From contig CAWJJC010000012.1 in the NCBI GenBank assembly GCA_963843145.1, positions 128,001-192,000 of the forward strand: DNA of 64,000 nt, in the 5' to 3' direction. The translations under genes were made by a program, and so were the position numbers. The number at the start of each line of letters is the position of its first letter. Position 1 is the stretch's first letter. Shown piece after piece: positions 21,498 to 31,674 of the stretch. Under the pieces are notes generated by a model that worked only from the letters and a program-made list of their open reading frames with translations, was not told the origin of the DNA and did not search any database. The DNA comes from an uncultured delta proteobacterium. GTDB taxonomy: Bacteria; Desulfobacterota; RBG-13-43-22.

Positions 21498-22295
21498 TTA
21501 CTTTTTTTCCAATCCGATTTTTATCACCATCCTCTTCCCCTCCTCATATCCCACCGTCTTGGCGGCGCTGCCCAGATTGCAGGCAATTTCCAGATAGCCG
21601 CTGCTGCCGAAAAGGGCCAGGAGCTCGCCGGGTTTTGCCTGGGCGTAGCTTTCCCGCAGTCCCTGAAGCCGATTGGACCCTATCCCGATTATTATTTCCG
21701 CAGGATTCGATCGAGGTTTGACCAATGCTTGGCTCAAGTTGGTGATGAGGTTGCCGAAGCGGTCGGCATAGACCACCTGGCCGATGAGAACATTGTTTTT
21801 GACCGCCGGTTCGGGCAGGTTCAGGAGGACAGGATCGGAAAGCGGCTTCCCAAAAGCAGTCATCGGAAGGCCCCGGCTCAAGTGCGCGGCGGCCGGGGCA
21901 AAGATATCCCGGCCATGAAAAGTATGGGAGACCGGGTTTAGAAAGTATTTAGGGTTGGTCAGATGAAAGACTCGAAAATCCGGAAAGGCCCGAAGTATTT
22001 GGGTGAATAGGCCGTTGTCGGGACCGACCCAGTAATGCGCTTTGGTCTTGATCAAGATCGGCCGCCGGGCGCCTCCCACGCCGGGGTCGACTACGACCAG
22101 GTGAATAGTTCCTTTCGGGAAGTAGCCGGCGATGGTCGCCAGCTTGAAAGCCGCTTCCGGGAGCCGGTGGTGTGAAAGCCCGTGGGTGATATCCACCAGC
22201 GTGGCCCGGGGGTTGATTCCCAGCATCACACCCTTCATGATCCCCACATAGGGATCGTCCCAACCGAAGTCTGTGCTTATTGTGATTACCGGCAT
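21498..22295 (-). CDS. SAM hydroxide adenosyltransferase / chlorinase-fluorinase family (DUF62)
   Basis: TDFG..D.YVG.MKG, VVDPGVG..RR, TFHGRDIFAP, DRFGNLITN, GSSGYLEIA. Confidence 0.9.
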   Translation of the reverse strand: MPVITISTDFGWDDPYVGIMKGVMLGINPRATLVDITHGLSHHRLPEAAFKLATIAGYFPKGTIHLVVVDPGVGGARRPILIKTKAHYWVGPDNGLFTQILRAFPDFRVFHLTNPKYFLNPVSHTFHGRDIFAPAAAHLSRGLPMTAFGKPLSDPVLLNLPEPAVKNNVLIGQVVYADRFGNLITNLSQALVKPRSNPAEIIIGIGSNRLQGLRESYAQAKPGELLALFGSSGYLEIACNLGSAAKTVGYEEGKRMVIKIGLEKK

Positions 22296-22370
22296 TTTTT
22301 GACCTTTTGAGAGTCGATTTCTTCCTTATGGTTTCGGGCGCGGACTGAAACCGTCTTTCGCGGTTTTAAA

Positions 22371-22399
22371 TTGACATATTTTCCATAATGGAGTATAAA
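22371..22399 (+). promoter_or_regulatory. Sigma70 promoter of the TA operon (probably leaderless transcript)
   Basis: TTGACA-17-TATAAA with the ATG at 22406 only 6 nt downstream. Confidence 0.7.
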
Positions 22400-22405
22400 G
22401 GTAGT

Positions 22406-22639
22406 ATGAAAGTCAAGACTTCTGTCACCCTTTCCAGGGAGCTTCTGGAGATCATCGATGCCCGGGCCAGGCAATCCAAAAAGAACCGGTCTGATTTTGT
22501 TGAAACCGCGGTTCGGCTGTTTATCCGGCAATTGGTGCTGGAAGAGCAGAACGCCAGAGACCTGGAGATTATAAACCGCCGCGCTGATCATCTCAATCGG
22601 GAGGCGGCCGACATCCTGACCTACCAGACCCCGCTATGA
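22406..22639 (+). CDS. Ribbon-helix-helix antitoxin
   Basis: [14 protein letters not shown].......NRSDFVE.A RHH pattern; ATGA overlap with the toxin gene. Confidence 0.82.
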   Translation: MKVKTSVTLSRELLEIIDARARQSKKNRSDFVETAVRLFIRQLVLEEQNARDLEIINRRADHLNREAADILTYQTPL

Positions 22640-22962
22640 AGCGGGGCGAATTGTACCGGGTGGCCAATCCCATAGCCAAGGACCCAAAGAAATTCCGGGT
22701 CTTTGTAGTGGTCAGTCGCCAGGTGGTGATCGACTCCCGGTTTTTAACAGTCATTTGCGCACCGATCTATACGGCCTACGACGGCCTGGCCAGTCAGGTC
22801 CCCGTGGGACCGGAAGAAGGCCTCAAGCACAAAAGCAGCATCCACTGTGACGAACTGGTTAGCCTCTTCAAGTCGGTTTTAACCAATTTCATCGGGACGT
22901 TGGCCCCGGGCCAAATGGAACAACTGGACCGGGCCCTGCGGATCGCCTTGGATCTTCCCTGA
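22636..22962 (+). CDS. PemK/MazF family endoribonuclease toxin
   Basis: [38 protein letters not shown]. Confidence 0.88.
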   Translation: MKRGELYRVANPIAKDPKKFRVFVVVSRQVVIDSRFLTVICAPIYTAYDGLASQVPVGPEEGLKHKSSIHCDELVSLFKSVLTNFIGTLAPGQMEQLDRALRIALDLP

Positions 22963-23020
22963 TTTCCATTCAATCTTTAAAAACTACTTCGTTTTCTGAT
23001 TATCTCATCGAAGGATTGAA

Positions 23021-23049
23021 TTGACCACCCTCCACTATTGAAGTATAAA
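23021..23049 (+). promoter_or_regulatory. Sigma70-type promoter
   Basis: TTGACC-17-TATAAA upstream of 23112. Confidence 0.55.
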
Positions 23050-23111
23050 AATACAAAAGTCAAGCCGTTCAGAATTTTCAATGATCGGAAGGAAAAAGCT
23101 CCGTTAAGGCG

Positions 23112-24395
23112 ATGATTCCCGCCATCCTTAAAGTGCTGTTGGTCTTTGTCCTGATCCTGATCCTAAACCGGGTTCGGGTCAGTTTAAGCCTCTCTCTGCT
23201 TGCCGGCTCCCTGGTCCTGGGGTTCTGGATGAATCTCGGCCCGGTGGAAGTGGCCGTCAGCATTCTGAAAAGCCTGGCTAAACTGCAGACGATCAGCCTG
23301 ATCCTGATCGTGGGATTTATCCTGGTGCTCAGTCGCCTGATGCAGGAGAGCCGGCATCTGGACCGAATTGTAGCCGGGTTTATGAGCCTCTCGCGGGATG
23401 ACCGGACCGCCGCGGCGGTGCTGCCGGCCCTGATCGGGCTGCTGCCCATGCCCGGGGGGGCTCTGTTTTCCGCCCCCATGGTGGAAACGGCCTTGTGCCG
23501 CAACCCGATGACCGGGGAACAGCGGACAGCGGTCAACTACTGGTTCCGGCACATCTGGGAATACTGGTGGCCCCTCTACCCGGGGGTGGTCCTGGCGGTG
23601 GCCCTACTGCGGGTGGAACCCTGGCTGTTTATGGCCTTCATGGCCCCCATGACCGTCGTCACGGTCCTGGCCGGCGTACTGTTTATATTGAAACCCCTGG
23701 GGTCCGGGACCGTCCGCCAAGAGGCGGGATTTTCCTGGGCGGGGCTGAAAGGATTTTTATGGGAGATTATGCCGATCCTGACCGTCGTCCTGGTCCTTCT
23801 GGGAATGGCCGGGGTGATCGGGATCCTGAACCGGGCCGGAGTGGCCTGGAAAATTCCAGGCGCCGTTTCCATTCTCCCCGGGCTCCTGGCCGCCATCATC
23901 TGGGTCCTGCTGGTCAACCGGCTTTCCTTCGGGCAACTGAAGGCGGCCGTGGTGGATCGGAAAAACGTCTCCCTCCTGCTGCTGGTGGCCGCCATCATGG
24001 TCTTCGAAGGGCTGATGACGGACAGCCGGGCCGTGGTCGAGATCCGCAATGAACTGATGGCCTACCATATCCCGCTGGCGCTGGTGATCACCATTATGCC
24101 CTTCCTGTCCGGGGTGGTCACGGGGATCGCCATCGGCTTTGTAGGGGCCTCGTTCCCGCTGATCATCCCCCTCTTCCCGGCCGGGTCCCTGTTTGATTAC
24201 CTTTCTTATGCCGCCCTGGCCTACAGCTTCGGTTATATGGGCATGATGCTCTCCCCGGTACATCTCTGCTTCCTGGTCACCAAGGATTATTTCCGGGCTA
24301 GCTTGTTCGGCAGCTACCGCTTTTTTTATCTATCCGCCTTTAGTGTCATGGGTGCGGCCATCGTTTTGTTTTTAATATCCAGGATCCTTCAATGA
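23112..24395 (+). CDS. DUF401 family integral membrane protein (putative transporter)
   Basis: PALIGLLPMPGGALFSAPMV, NYWFRHIWEYWWPLYPG, MLSPVHLC; many transmembrane segments. Confidence 0.85.
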   Translation: MIPAILKVLLVFVLILILNRVRVSLSLSLLAGSLVLGFWMNLGPVEVAVSILKSLAKLQTISLILIVGFILVLSRLMQESRHLDRIVAGFMSLSRDDRTAAAVLPALIGLLPMPGGALFSAPMVETALCRNPMTGEQRTAVNYWFRHIWEYWWPLYPGVVLAVALLRVEPWLFMAFMAPMTVVTVLAGVLFILKPLGSGTVRQEAGFSWAGLKGFLWEIMPILTVVLVLLGMAGVIGILNRAGVAWKIPGAVSILPGLLAAIIWVLLVNRLSFGQLKAAVVDRKNVSLLLLVAAIMVFEGLMTDSRAVVEIRNELMAYHIPLALVITIMPFLSGVVTGIAIGFVGASFPLIIPLFPAGSLFDYLSYAALAYSFGYMGMMLSPVHLCFLVTKDYFRASLFGSYRFFYLSAFSVMGAAIVLFLISRILQ

Positions 24396-24581
24396 CCGGA
24401 GAATTCATTTATGGCCCGTACGAAATACGGGAGGCCGATTCACCTAATTTTTCCGCCGGACTAATGCCCAACCGGAATCGCCTCCGGCTTTGTGGGGGCA
24501 ACATTTTGCTTTCACCTACTACTCTTCAAAAAAGATAGCCTCGAAAATCAAAAATTACCGTTTGAAATAAACAATGTGCCC

Positions 24582-24691
24582 CAAGGCATCGAAGGCTTTT
24601 TCTTGCCGGTTGTCCTTGGAGCGGTAGAGGATCCGGGATTCTTCTGGGGGATAAGTCAGGCGTTCTTGAGAGAAAGAGGCCCGGTAATGTA
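24582..24691 (-). mobile_element. Degenerate IS91-family transposase fragment
   Basis: Manual minus-strand translation with a 1-nt frameshift gives YI/RASFSQERLTYPPEESRILYRSKDNRQEKAFDAL, matching from memory the deltaproteobacterial IS91 motif YIIRASFSQERM...IY.SKD....FDAL. Confidence 0.65.
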
Positions 24692-24918
24692 TTACTCTCT
24701 TGGGAGGCGCATTTCAAGTGGCAACCGTCATTGTTTCCATGTTTCCTTGTTGTGTTATGGGTAGAGGCGGTGTTAGGATTTAGCTGACGCGCCAGGCCCG
24801 CATGAACGGCAGCCGGTTCACTCCGGTGCCTCGAACATGACAGCCTTCGGAAAAGGTGGGGTGGGAATTGCCGAGGTGGACGTAGGGCAGGGTAGTATAT
24901 TCGTTACAGGTATTCCCT

Positions 24919-24949
24919 GCCGGTTGGAATAGCACCAATTCCAACCGGC
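24919..24949. terminator. 12-bp perfect hairpin downstream of the surface-protein gene
   Basis: gccggttggaat-agcacca-attccaaccggc; no clear U-tract. Confidence 0.5.
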
Positions 24950-25039
24950 GTTGCCAAACGTTGATAAGGCACATTGGATGTCTTTTGGCAAGGAGACTGC
25001 CTGATGGCACAGCCTCCCTGAGGGTTTCTGACCGGGATG

Positions 25040-27863
25040 TCAGTGCAGGATCAACGGCAGGAATATGGTGAATACTTTGGTAATGGTATATGTCTCACCG
25101 CTGGTGTAAGGCCGGCCGGCCAGCGGGTTCCCGACCAGGTCGGCGATGGTTGCGCTGACAGGTACTTCCAAGCGGATGGTGCCGTTGCCGCTTCCTGTGT
25201 TGACTGTCACAGCGTAGACATTACCCGAACCACTGACACCGGTCACGTAAGCGCCTAAAACACCCGTTGTTGTGAGAGAGAAGTCGGTCACATCAACACC
25301 CATCACAAATTCAGAGAACGTGACGGTGAAATTCACGCTGGCAAGATTGGTAGGACTGGGATTTGCAAGCAGGCTGGACGAAACAATGGGAGAGATCACG
25401 TCGTATACGCGGCTGAATTGCGTGGCAATCGTGTTGCCGTTGCCTGCCAAATCTGTTGCCACGCCCGCGGCAATATCTGCAGTGACCAATCCCTGCACGC
25501 CAGGCGTGAGATCAAAGGTGTAACTTGCACCGCTACCCGTGAAGTTGCTGACCGCGCCATTCGCAGGAACGATGTCGGTGGATGTAAAGCCGGTGACGCT
25601 TTCGCTGAAGGTCACCCTGACCGCAATAGGTGAAGTATTGGTCGGATCGGAGGCGAGCGAAGTCATCGTCACGGTCGGTGCAGTGGTGTCGATCACCCAG
25701 GTATATGTTGCCGTGCTGCTGTTGGTCGCCGCGTCGGTGACACGCACTGTGAAGGTGTGAGAGCCTTCGCCCAGTGGTCCCGCATAGGACTGGCTGCCGG
25801 TCGTGGTGCAGGTCGCAAATGATCCGTCATCCAGTTTACAATCGACAGATGTTGGGCTTCCAGCGGGTGTGAACGTAAAGGCAGCCGAAGTGCTGTTGGT
25901 CGGGTTGGTGGGATGGGTGTCGATCGTCACGGTCGGTGCAGTGGTGTCGATGCCTGCGATAGCATCAGACAGGCTGTAAGCGGTATTCCCGAGAGCGTCT
26001 ACCGCTTTATAACATACCTTTGTGCCGTTGTCAGACTCAGATGAGAATGTCTGGCTGGAATATGCAATAAAGGCCAAACTGCTGTCGCAGATCGTGCCGG
26101 TGGTATTGCTCATCATCAATGTGCCGCCCGGCGCACTGGCTGTAATGGTTTTGTTCAACGCTGCGCTGGTGTCAGGTTCGGTGATCGTGATCGTCGGAGC
26201 AGTTGTATCAATCACGTAGGTCTGGTCAATGCTGGGTTCGCTGACCGCAGGGCATTGCCTCCCAAATCTGTGATGGTTGGTGTAGCGCTAAGATTGAGGT
26301 TGACATCACCATTAAAACTTGCCAAATCACCTCCGGAGATGGTCACATCATAAGTGCTGGTAGTAACCTGGGAGACGGCGTTGACTGTTGCAGTGCTCGT
26401 AGAGTTCTTAACGAAATCGGCAATATCCACATGCGTCATAGGTTCGCTGAACGTGGCCAGGAAGGTGAGAGTATCCGCGTTCGTGGGGCTGGTGGCCGGT
26501 GTCTTCAGGGTGAATGAAGTCACACTGGGTGCGATAAAGTCATCTTGCTCAAACGCGCCGATGTCACAGTGCGACCCTTGTGGACGAGAGACGCCGCGCT
26601 GGTCGGTGGGAGGACAGACACCATCGTCCCCCGTATTGATGGCTGAGGAGCCTGCCAGGAGCGGGATGGTCTTGGTGAAACCGCCATAGTTGCCGAGCGT
26701 GCCGAGCATGGGGTCAGCGGGAATTATATTCGTGCAAGTGCTTCCAGTAGGGCAATCGCCCTCCACGACACTATCCCTCACGATGGGAACACCAGCAGTG
26801 AAGTTGTAAATCTGCGCACCGCTGGGAGCTGTATTGCCCCAGAAGATCGCGTTATAGATTATTGGAGCACTGGTAACATTGTACATCCCGCCGCCTTCCG
26901 ACACAGCCGAATTATCGCTAAAGGTGACGTTCCAAAGGTTCGGAGCGCTGGTATCGTTGTACATCCCGCCGCCTTCCGACACAGCCGAATTATCGCTGAA
27001 GGTAACGTTAATAAGGTGCGTACTGCTGGTAAAGTTGTACATCCCGCCGCCATATGTCGCCGAGTTGTTGTTGAAGGTGACATTCGTCAACGGATGATTG
27101 CTGGTAAAGTTGTATATTCCGCCGCCATATGTCGCCGAGTTGTTGTTGAAGGTGACATTCGTCAACGATATAAGATGGCTGGTATCGTTGTACATCCCGC
27201 CACCTTCCTGCCCAGCCGAATTATCGCTGAAAGTAACGTTCATCAACGTTGGATTGCTGGTATAGTTGTACATCCCGCCACCACAATTACTGGCTGAATT
27301 GCCGCTTAATATGACGTTCATCAACATTGGATTGCTGGTAGGGTTGTACATTCCGCCACCGCAATTATTGGGTTTGGTATCGTCATTAGCATTTCCCGCC
27401 GTGATTGTGAAGCCATCCAGGATCGCGCCGGTTACGCCGATGACAACGTGATACGAATTGTCGCTGTTGCTTGCAGTGCCAATCTCACCGCTCAGAATGT
27501 GACGTTGGCCGCAGGATTGCGCTGAGTGCGTGCCTCCTCGGTTCCGATGAAACCGCCGTAGAGGGCGACTCCATTCTTGAGTTGGAAGGTATCGGTGCGG
27601 AGTGTGCCGGGGGTGTATGTCCCGGCCGCAGCCCAGATCTCAGTGCAGGGGGGTGCGCCCAGCGCCGATTTCAGATCAGTATAGGCATTCGTCCAGGATG
27701 TGCCGGAGTTGGTTCCGCTGGCATTCCACTTGACGTAACATTCCCCCGCCGCGTGCGCAGGCGTTACATCTAAGGTGCCAAAGGTAAGCGCCAGTATGAA
27801 CAATATGAACAAAAGGTTAAACGAGATTGGATACAAACGAGGAATTGATCTCTTTTTGAACAT
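25040..27863 (-). pseudogene. Secreted beta-helix (choice-of-anchor-Q-like) plus Ig-like repeat surface protein, split by two 1-nt frameshifts
   Basis: Signal peptide (..TPAHAA), SWTNAYTDLKSAL, GGGMYN repeats, DQRGVSRPQGSHCDIGAFE, DTTAPTVT Ig repeats, C-terminal IFLPLILH. Frames join near 27498 (VT/ILSGEIG) and 26246 (AL/VSEPSIDQTYVID). Confidence 0.85.
26870..27365 (-). repeat. Intragenic tandem repeats (75-78 nt period) encoding beta-helix rungs
   Basis: About seven units of GGG(M/I)YNxTSxxxLxNVTFxxNSA, with near-identical DNA copies (e.g. 26881 and 26959). Confidence 0.85.
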
Positions 27864-28369
27864 GCCTACACTCCCCGATGGATACAAGAATCTGAAGAAC
27901 CGAGGCTCGATCAGTCCTTGGTACCTTCTAAAAGTATCGGTCAATGTCTGTTTTTGTTTAATATAATAAGTAAATTAAGCGCCAGAGCGCCTCCTAACCC
28001 AGGTCTTTCACCAAGCCAATCAATCCCTTGAGGCAAAGATGGGCTTTCCTCCCAAAATTATCAATAAACTAATGGATTTTGGCCTTCTCCTTTTCAGTCG
28101 GGACAGAATACCGACCTGGGATGCCCCACCTCTGTCCCACCTTTTAGCCGTGCGAGGGTTTATTTGTCCCCCTGAAACCAAATTCCTACCTGCCCGGCCC
28201 CGGTAACAAGAAGGCCGGAGGTTCCTCTCCTGTCCCTTTTTACTCCCTTCCCCACGCCTCAGCCCAAGATGACTTCTAAAAGGCTTGCGAAGAAGGGAAA
28301 TTCGGGCGTACTATCAGAAAAAAAGGAAGGTGATGTGGATTAAATTTTAAGAAGGAAGTCGGTGACACA

Positions 28370-28582
28370 ATGAATATAGGCGGATTTTCATGGAAAAGAC
28401 TTGCTGGGATTTCAGCGGCTAAATCCCGAATTTCCCGATCTATTGGTATTCCCCTCACCAAAAGTGGTAGACAAAGAAAAGTAGGGAGAATGGTCATGGG
28501 AAAAGGTTGCCTAACTTCTATTATTCTCCTCGCCCTGGCCCTTCTGCTATTAACCTTGTCCTGTGGTGGTGGGTCATTTTGA
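28370..28582 (+). CDS. Small basic hypothetical protein with hydrophobic C-terminus
   Basis: GFSWKRLAGISAAKSRISRSIGIPLTKSGRQRKVG reads as a real, basic protein; AAGGAAG upstream. Confidence 0.55.
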   Translation: MNIGGFSWKRLAGISAAKSRISRSIGIPLTKSGRQRKVGRMVMGKGCLTSIILLALALLLLTLSCGGGSF

Positions 28583-28906
28583 CAACTGTTGTCGGGTTCC
28601 CCCGGACCCGGAATCAAAAAAGACCGGTTTGGCCCCGATCCGGCCCCTGGTCTCCTTCAACCCTCAGCAAAAAAAGGCCCCACGTTCTGGAAGGCCCCTC
28701 GAATTTTTAACCCGTTCACGCCCGCAACCGCCGCCGGATCTTAAACCTAAAAGGCTCACTCGAACTGACCCGCATCAGCCGGATACCATGGTACCCCCTC
28801 GGCGGCACATTCCTTTATGCTCCAGGGTTCCTCGGTCAGGATCTCCAGAGCGTTCCAGTAATCTTCGTCCAGAAAGGGGATGTCGGTCATTGGGAGAGGG
28901 TTTCAT

Positions 28907-29386
28907 TCATATAACTCCACGACATGCGAGCAGATTTATTGCCTTCATCGTCATCACTACTTGTCCGTGCTGATTGAGCGACTCACAGAAAGAATGAAGA
29001 ACCCCTCGATCGGGCTTCGAACGCGACCGCCTGGTTTCAGTGACCGTTACTCTAATCGATAGGGTGTCACCTGGTCTAACAGGATTTAGCCAACGTAGCT
29101 CATCAACTCCGGGCGATCCCAGGCTAGCCACATGTGAAAGATAATGATCTACGACTAAGCGCATCATGAGGCTGGCTGTATGCCAACCGCTGGCTATCAG
29201 ACCACCGTACATCGATTTTGCAGCAGCCTCCGGATCTGTATGGAAGGGCTGAGGATCGAACCTCCTGGCAAATGAGATGATTTCCTCCTCTTCAACGGAG
29301 ATTGAACCAAACTCATAAACCGCACCAGGGATGTAATCTTCAAAAAACCGCTGGTCAATCGGGGTAGTGAACGTTTCCGGTTTCAT
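28907..29386 (-). CDS. MaoC family (R)-enoyl-CoA hydratase, hot-dog fold
   Basis: [30 protein letters not shown]; AAGGAG RBS. Confidence 0.9.
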   Translation of the reverse strand: MKPETFTTPIDQRFFEDYIPGAVYEFGSISVEEEEIISFARRFDPQPFHTDPEAAAKSMYGGLIASGWHTASLMMRLVVDHYLSHVASLGSPGVDELRWLNPVRPGDTLSIRVTVTETRRSRSKPDRGVLHSFCESLNQHGQVVMTMKAINLLACRGVI

Positions 29387-29936
29387 AGAACTCCTTGCTG
29401 AATGAGCAGGTCGGTCAATGGATTAACGAAACTGGAAGGCAGGTTATCTTAGTTAATGTGGCTCCTTTGAATGTCCCCATTCTACAAGGGTTCGGGAGAA
29501 ATAAACAGGAGGTTTTGTCAGGCAGGAACCCTTAATTGGAGGGTGTCCTTAACGAATTGCGTTTATACTCTGTCATTTCTATGAATTGGCAACTTAAAGG
29601 ACTACAGGAAGCAATTCTTCGGAGGCCCCCGACCGCCCCTAAAAATTACATTTTCTGATAACCCGAATGATTCCCCCAAAAAACTCCAGATCTTGATTAA
29701 GAGTCCATCCGAAGTGGCTCAAAGGAAGAATATGAATACGGTAAACATTTTGGAGCTCCCTCCTTGGATTCAAGGTGAGGAGATCGACCGGGTCCTCTTT
29801 TTCTGTCTTTTCAGCGATTTTCCTGCTATACCTTTACCAGGACCATCCTCCCCTGGCCGACTGGTTGGCTGCCTCCTCTGGGGGGGTGACGGGAATGAAT
29901 CGCCGCGCCCCGGTCCGAGCAAAACATCCGGGAGGT

Positions 29937-31190
29937 ATGGCAACTCGAGTGAACCAAAAGATCACCCCGTTCTGGCTATTGTTCGTGCTGACCGGTCTCA
30001 ATCTCCTTAATTATCTGGATCGGTATGTACTCAGCGCTGTGCGGACGCCGCTGGCGGCCGAGTTCGGGTTAAGTTACGGTGAATCGGGACGTATCTTTAC
30101 CACCTTCATGATTGGGTATTTTTTTACTTCTCCGCTCTTCGGCTACCTGGGGGATCGGGTTTCACGCAAGGGGTTGATTGCTGCTGGTATTTTCGTCTGG
30201 AGTTTGGGCACGGTGCTGACCGGATGGGCGGCTGGTTTCGGGCAGCTCATCTTATTTCGAGTCCTGGTCGGGGTGGGCGAAGCCAGCTATGCCAGTGTCA
30301 GTCCCAGTCTGATTTCAGACAGTTACGGACCGAAACGGCGCAACAACGCCTTGACGGTATTTTATCTGGCAATTCCGGTGGGGACCGCCCTGGGGTTTAT
30401 TCTCGGAGGGGCCATCGCGGCCCACTGGGGCTGGCGTTACGCCTTTCTCTGGGCCGGCGCCCCGGGGCTGCTGTTGGCCTTCGTGCTGCTCCCTTTCCGG
30501 GAGCCGAAGCGGGGGGAAGCAGAGGCCGTGGAGGGGCAGACCCTGACTAAGCCCGGTGTCAGGGATGTCTTTGGGCTTTTTAAGAATAGCCATTATATGC
30601 TGGTGGTCTGGGGGTACGTGGCCTATACCTTCGCCCTGGGGGCCTTCGCCTTTTGGGGGCCCACTTTCCTGGAGCGGGTTCACCACCTGCCGACCGACAA
30701 GGCCGGCAGTTTCATGGGCGGGGTGATCATCTTCTCAGGGCTGGTGGGGACCCTATTGGGCGGGTTTACGGCGACCCGCTGGCAGCAGCGTAACCCCGCC
30801 GGCTATGCCTGGATGTTGGGTTGCGCGGTTGTACTGGCGGTGCCCACTTCCTTCCTGGCTTTGATCTCCACCACGGTCACCTTGACCATGGTTCTTCTCG
30901 GGGCCTCCATCTTTCTCCTTTTTCTCTGCACGGGGCCGGTAAATACCCTGATCCTGGAAACCGTACCGGTTAACCTCCGGTCCAGCGCCATGGCCCTGTC
31001 GATTTTTTTGATCCATCTCTTCGGCGACTTATGGTCCCCGGAAATCGTCGGTCGACTGGCCGACCACCTGGGGAATGACTTGCGCAGGGGGATGCTGATC
31101 CTTCCGTTTTTTTTAATGCTGGCGGCCTTATCATGGCTGGGCCTGACCTGGAAGATCGTTAAGGCGCATGGTTGTTTAAGGTCATTCTGA
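29937..31190 (+). CDS. MFS transporter, spinster family
   Basis: NLLNYLDRY, GYLGDRVSRK, RVLVGVGEASY, IHLFGD..SP; GGAGGT RBS before 29937. Confidence 0.9.
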   Translation: MATRVNQKITPFWLLFVLTGLNLLNYLDRYVLSAVRTPLAAEFGLSYGESGRIFTTFMIGYFFTSPLFGYLGDRVSRKGLIAAGIFVWSLGTVLTGWAAGFGQLILFRVLVGVGEASYASVSPSLISDSYGPKRRNNALTVFYLAIPVGTALGFILGGAIAAHWGWRYAFLWAGAPGLLLAFVLLPFREPKRGEAEAVEGQTLTKPGVRDVFGLFKNSHYMLVVWGYVAYTFALGAFAFWGPTFLERVHHLPTDKAGSFMGGVIIFSGLVGTLLGGFTATRWQQRNPAGYAWMLGCAVVLAVPTSFLALISTTVTLTMVLLGASIFLLFLCTGPVNTLILETVPVNLRSSAMALSIFLIHLFGDLWSPEIVGRLADHLGNDLRRGMLILPFFLMLAALSWLGLTWKIVKAHGCLRSF

Positions 31191-31208
31191 AAGAAAGAAA
31201 GGGTCTCG

Positions 31209-31530
31209 TATTAACGGTCTCAAAATAATATTGACAGGGTTCCTTCAACGCCGCCAGTAACAACAAAAGACAAAAGACGATCTCTCACAGAGCACACCGA
31301 GATCGCAGAGAATAGTTAATTTCTGATTGCCGCTGAGAAGGCCGGCAATCAGAAAAAATCTCCCGCTCCGCGAATAAGACCCCGCCGGAGGCGTGAGCTG
31401 TTTTGAAAAATCGGCCTCTCAGCGATTTTTCAAAACAGCGATTCGTCTTTCTCTGTGTCCTCGGCGAACTCGAGCGAAGCGGGCGAGAGAAAAAACACCC
31501 CCTGTAAATACAATTATGAGACTCTTAATA
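31209..31530. mobile_element. MITE-like non-coding element with 31-bp imperfect terminal inverted repeats and nested hairpins
   Basis: 31209-31239 versus the reverse complement of 31500-31530 is 25/31 identical; perfect stems at 31321-31354 and 31397-31439; no ORF. Confidence 0.6.
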
Positions 31531-31674
31531 AGTCCAATTCTGGGTTAATAACCTAAAAAAGCGCTGATTTCTCCGCCTGCGGAGACCATGCCGGGAGCCG
31601 GCCTTAATATGTAATTATTAAATTTTAATTAAATTATTGTTTGACAATTATGATATTTAAATTATATTAATTCC

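Noticed and set aside
26870-27365. CRISPR array or DGR repeats
   Set aside because: The repeats are in-frame coding units with no unique spacers, and there is no cas or reverse transcriptase gene in the window.
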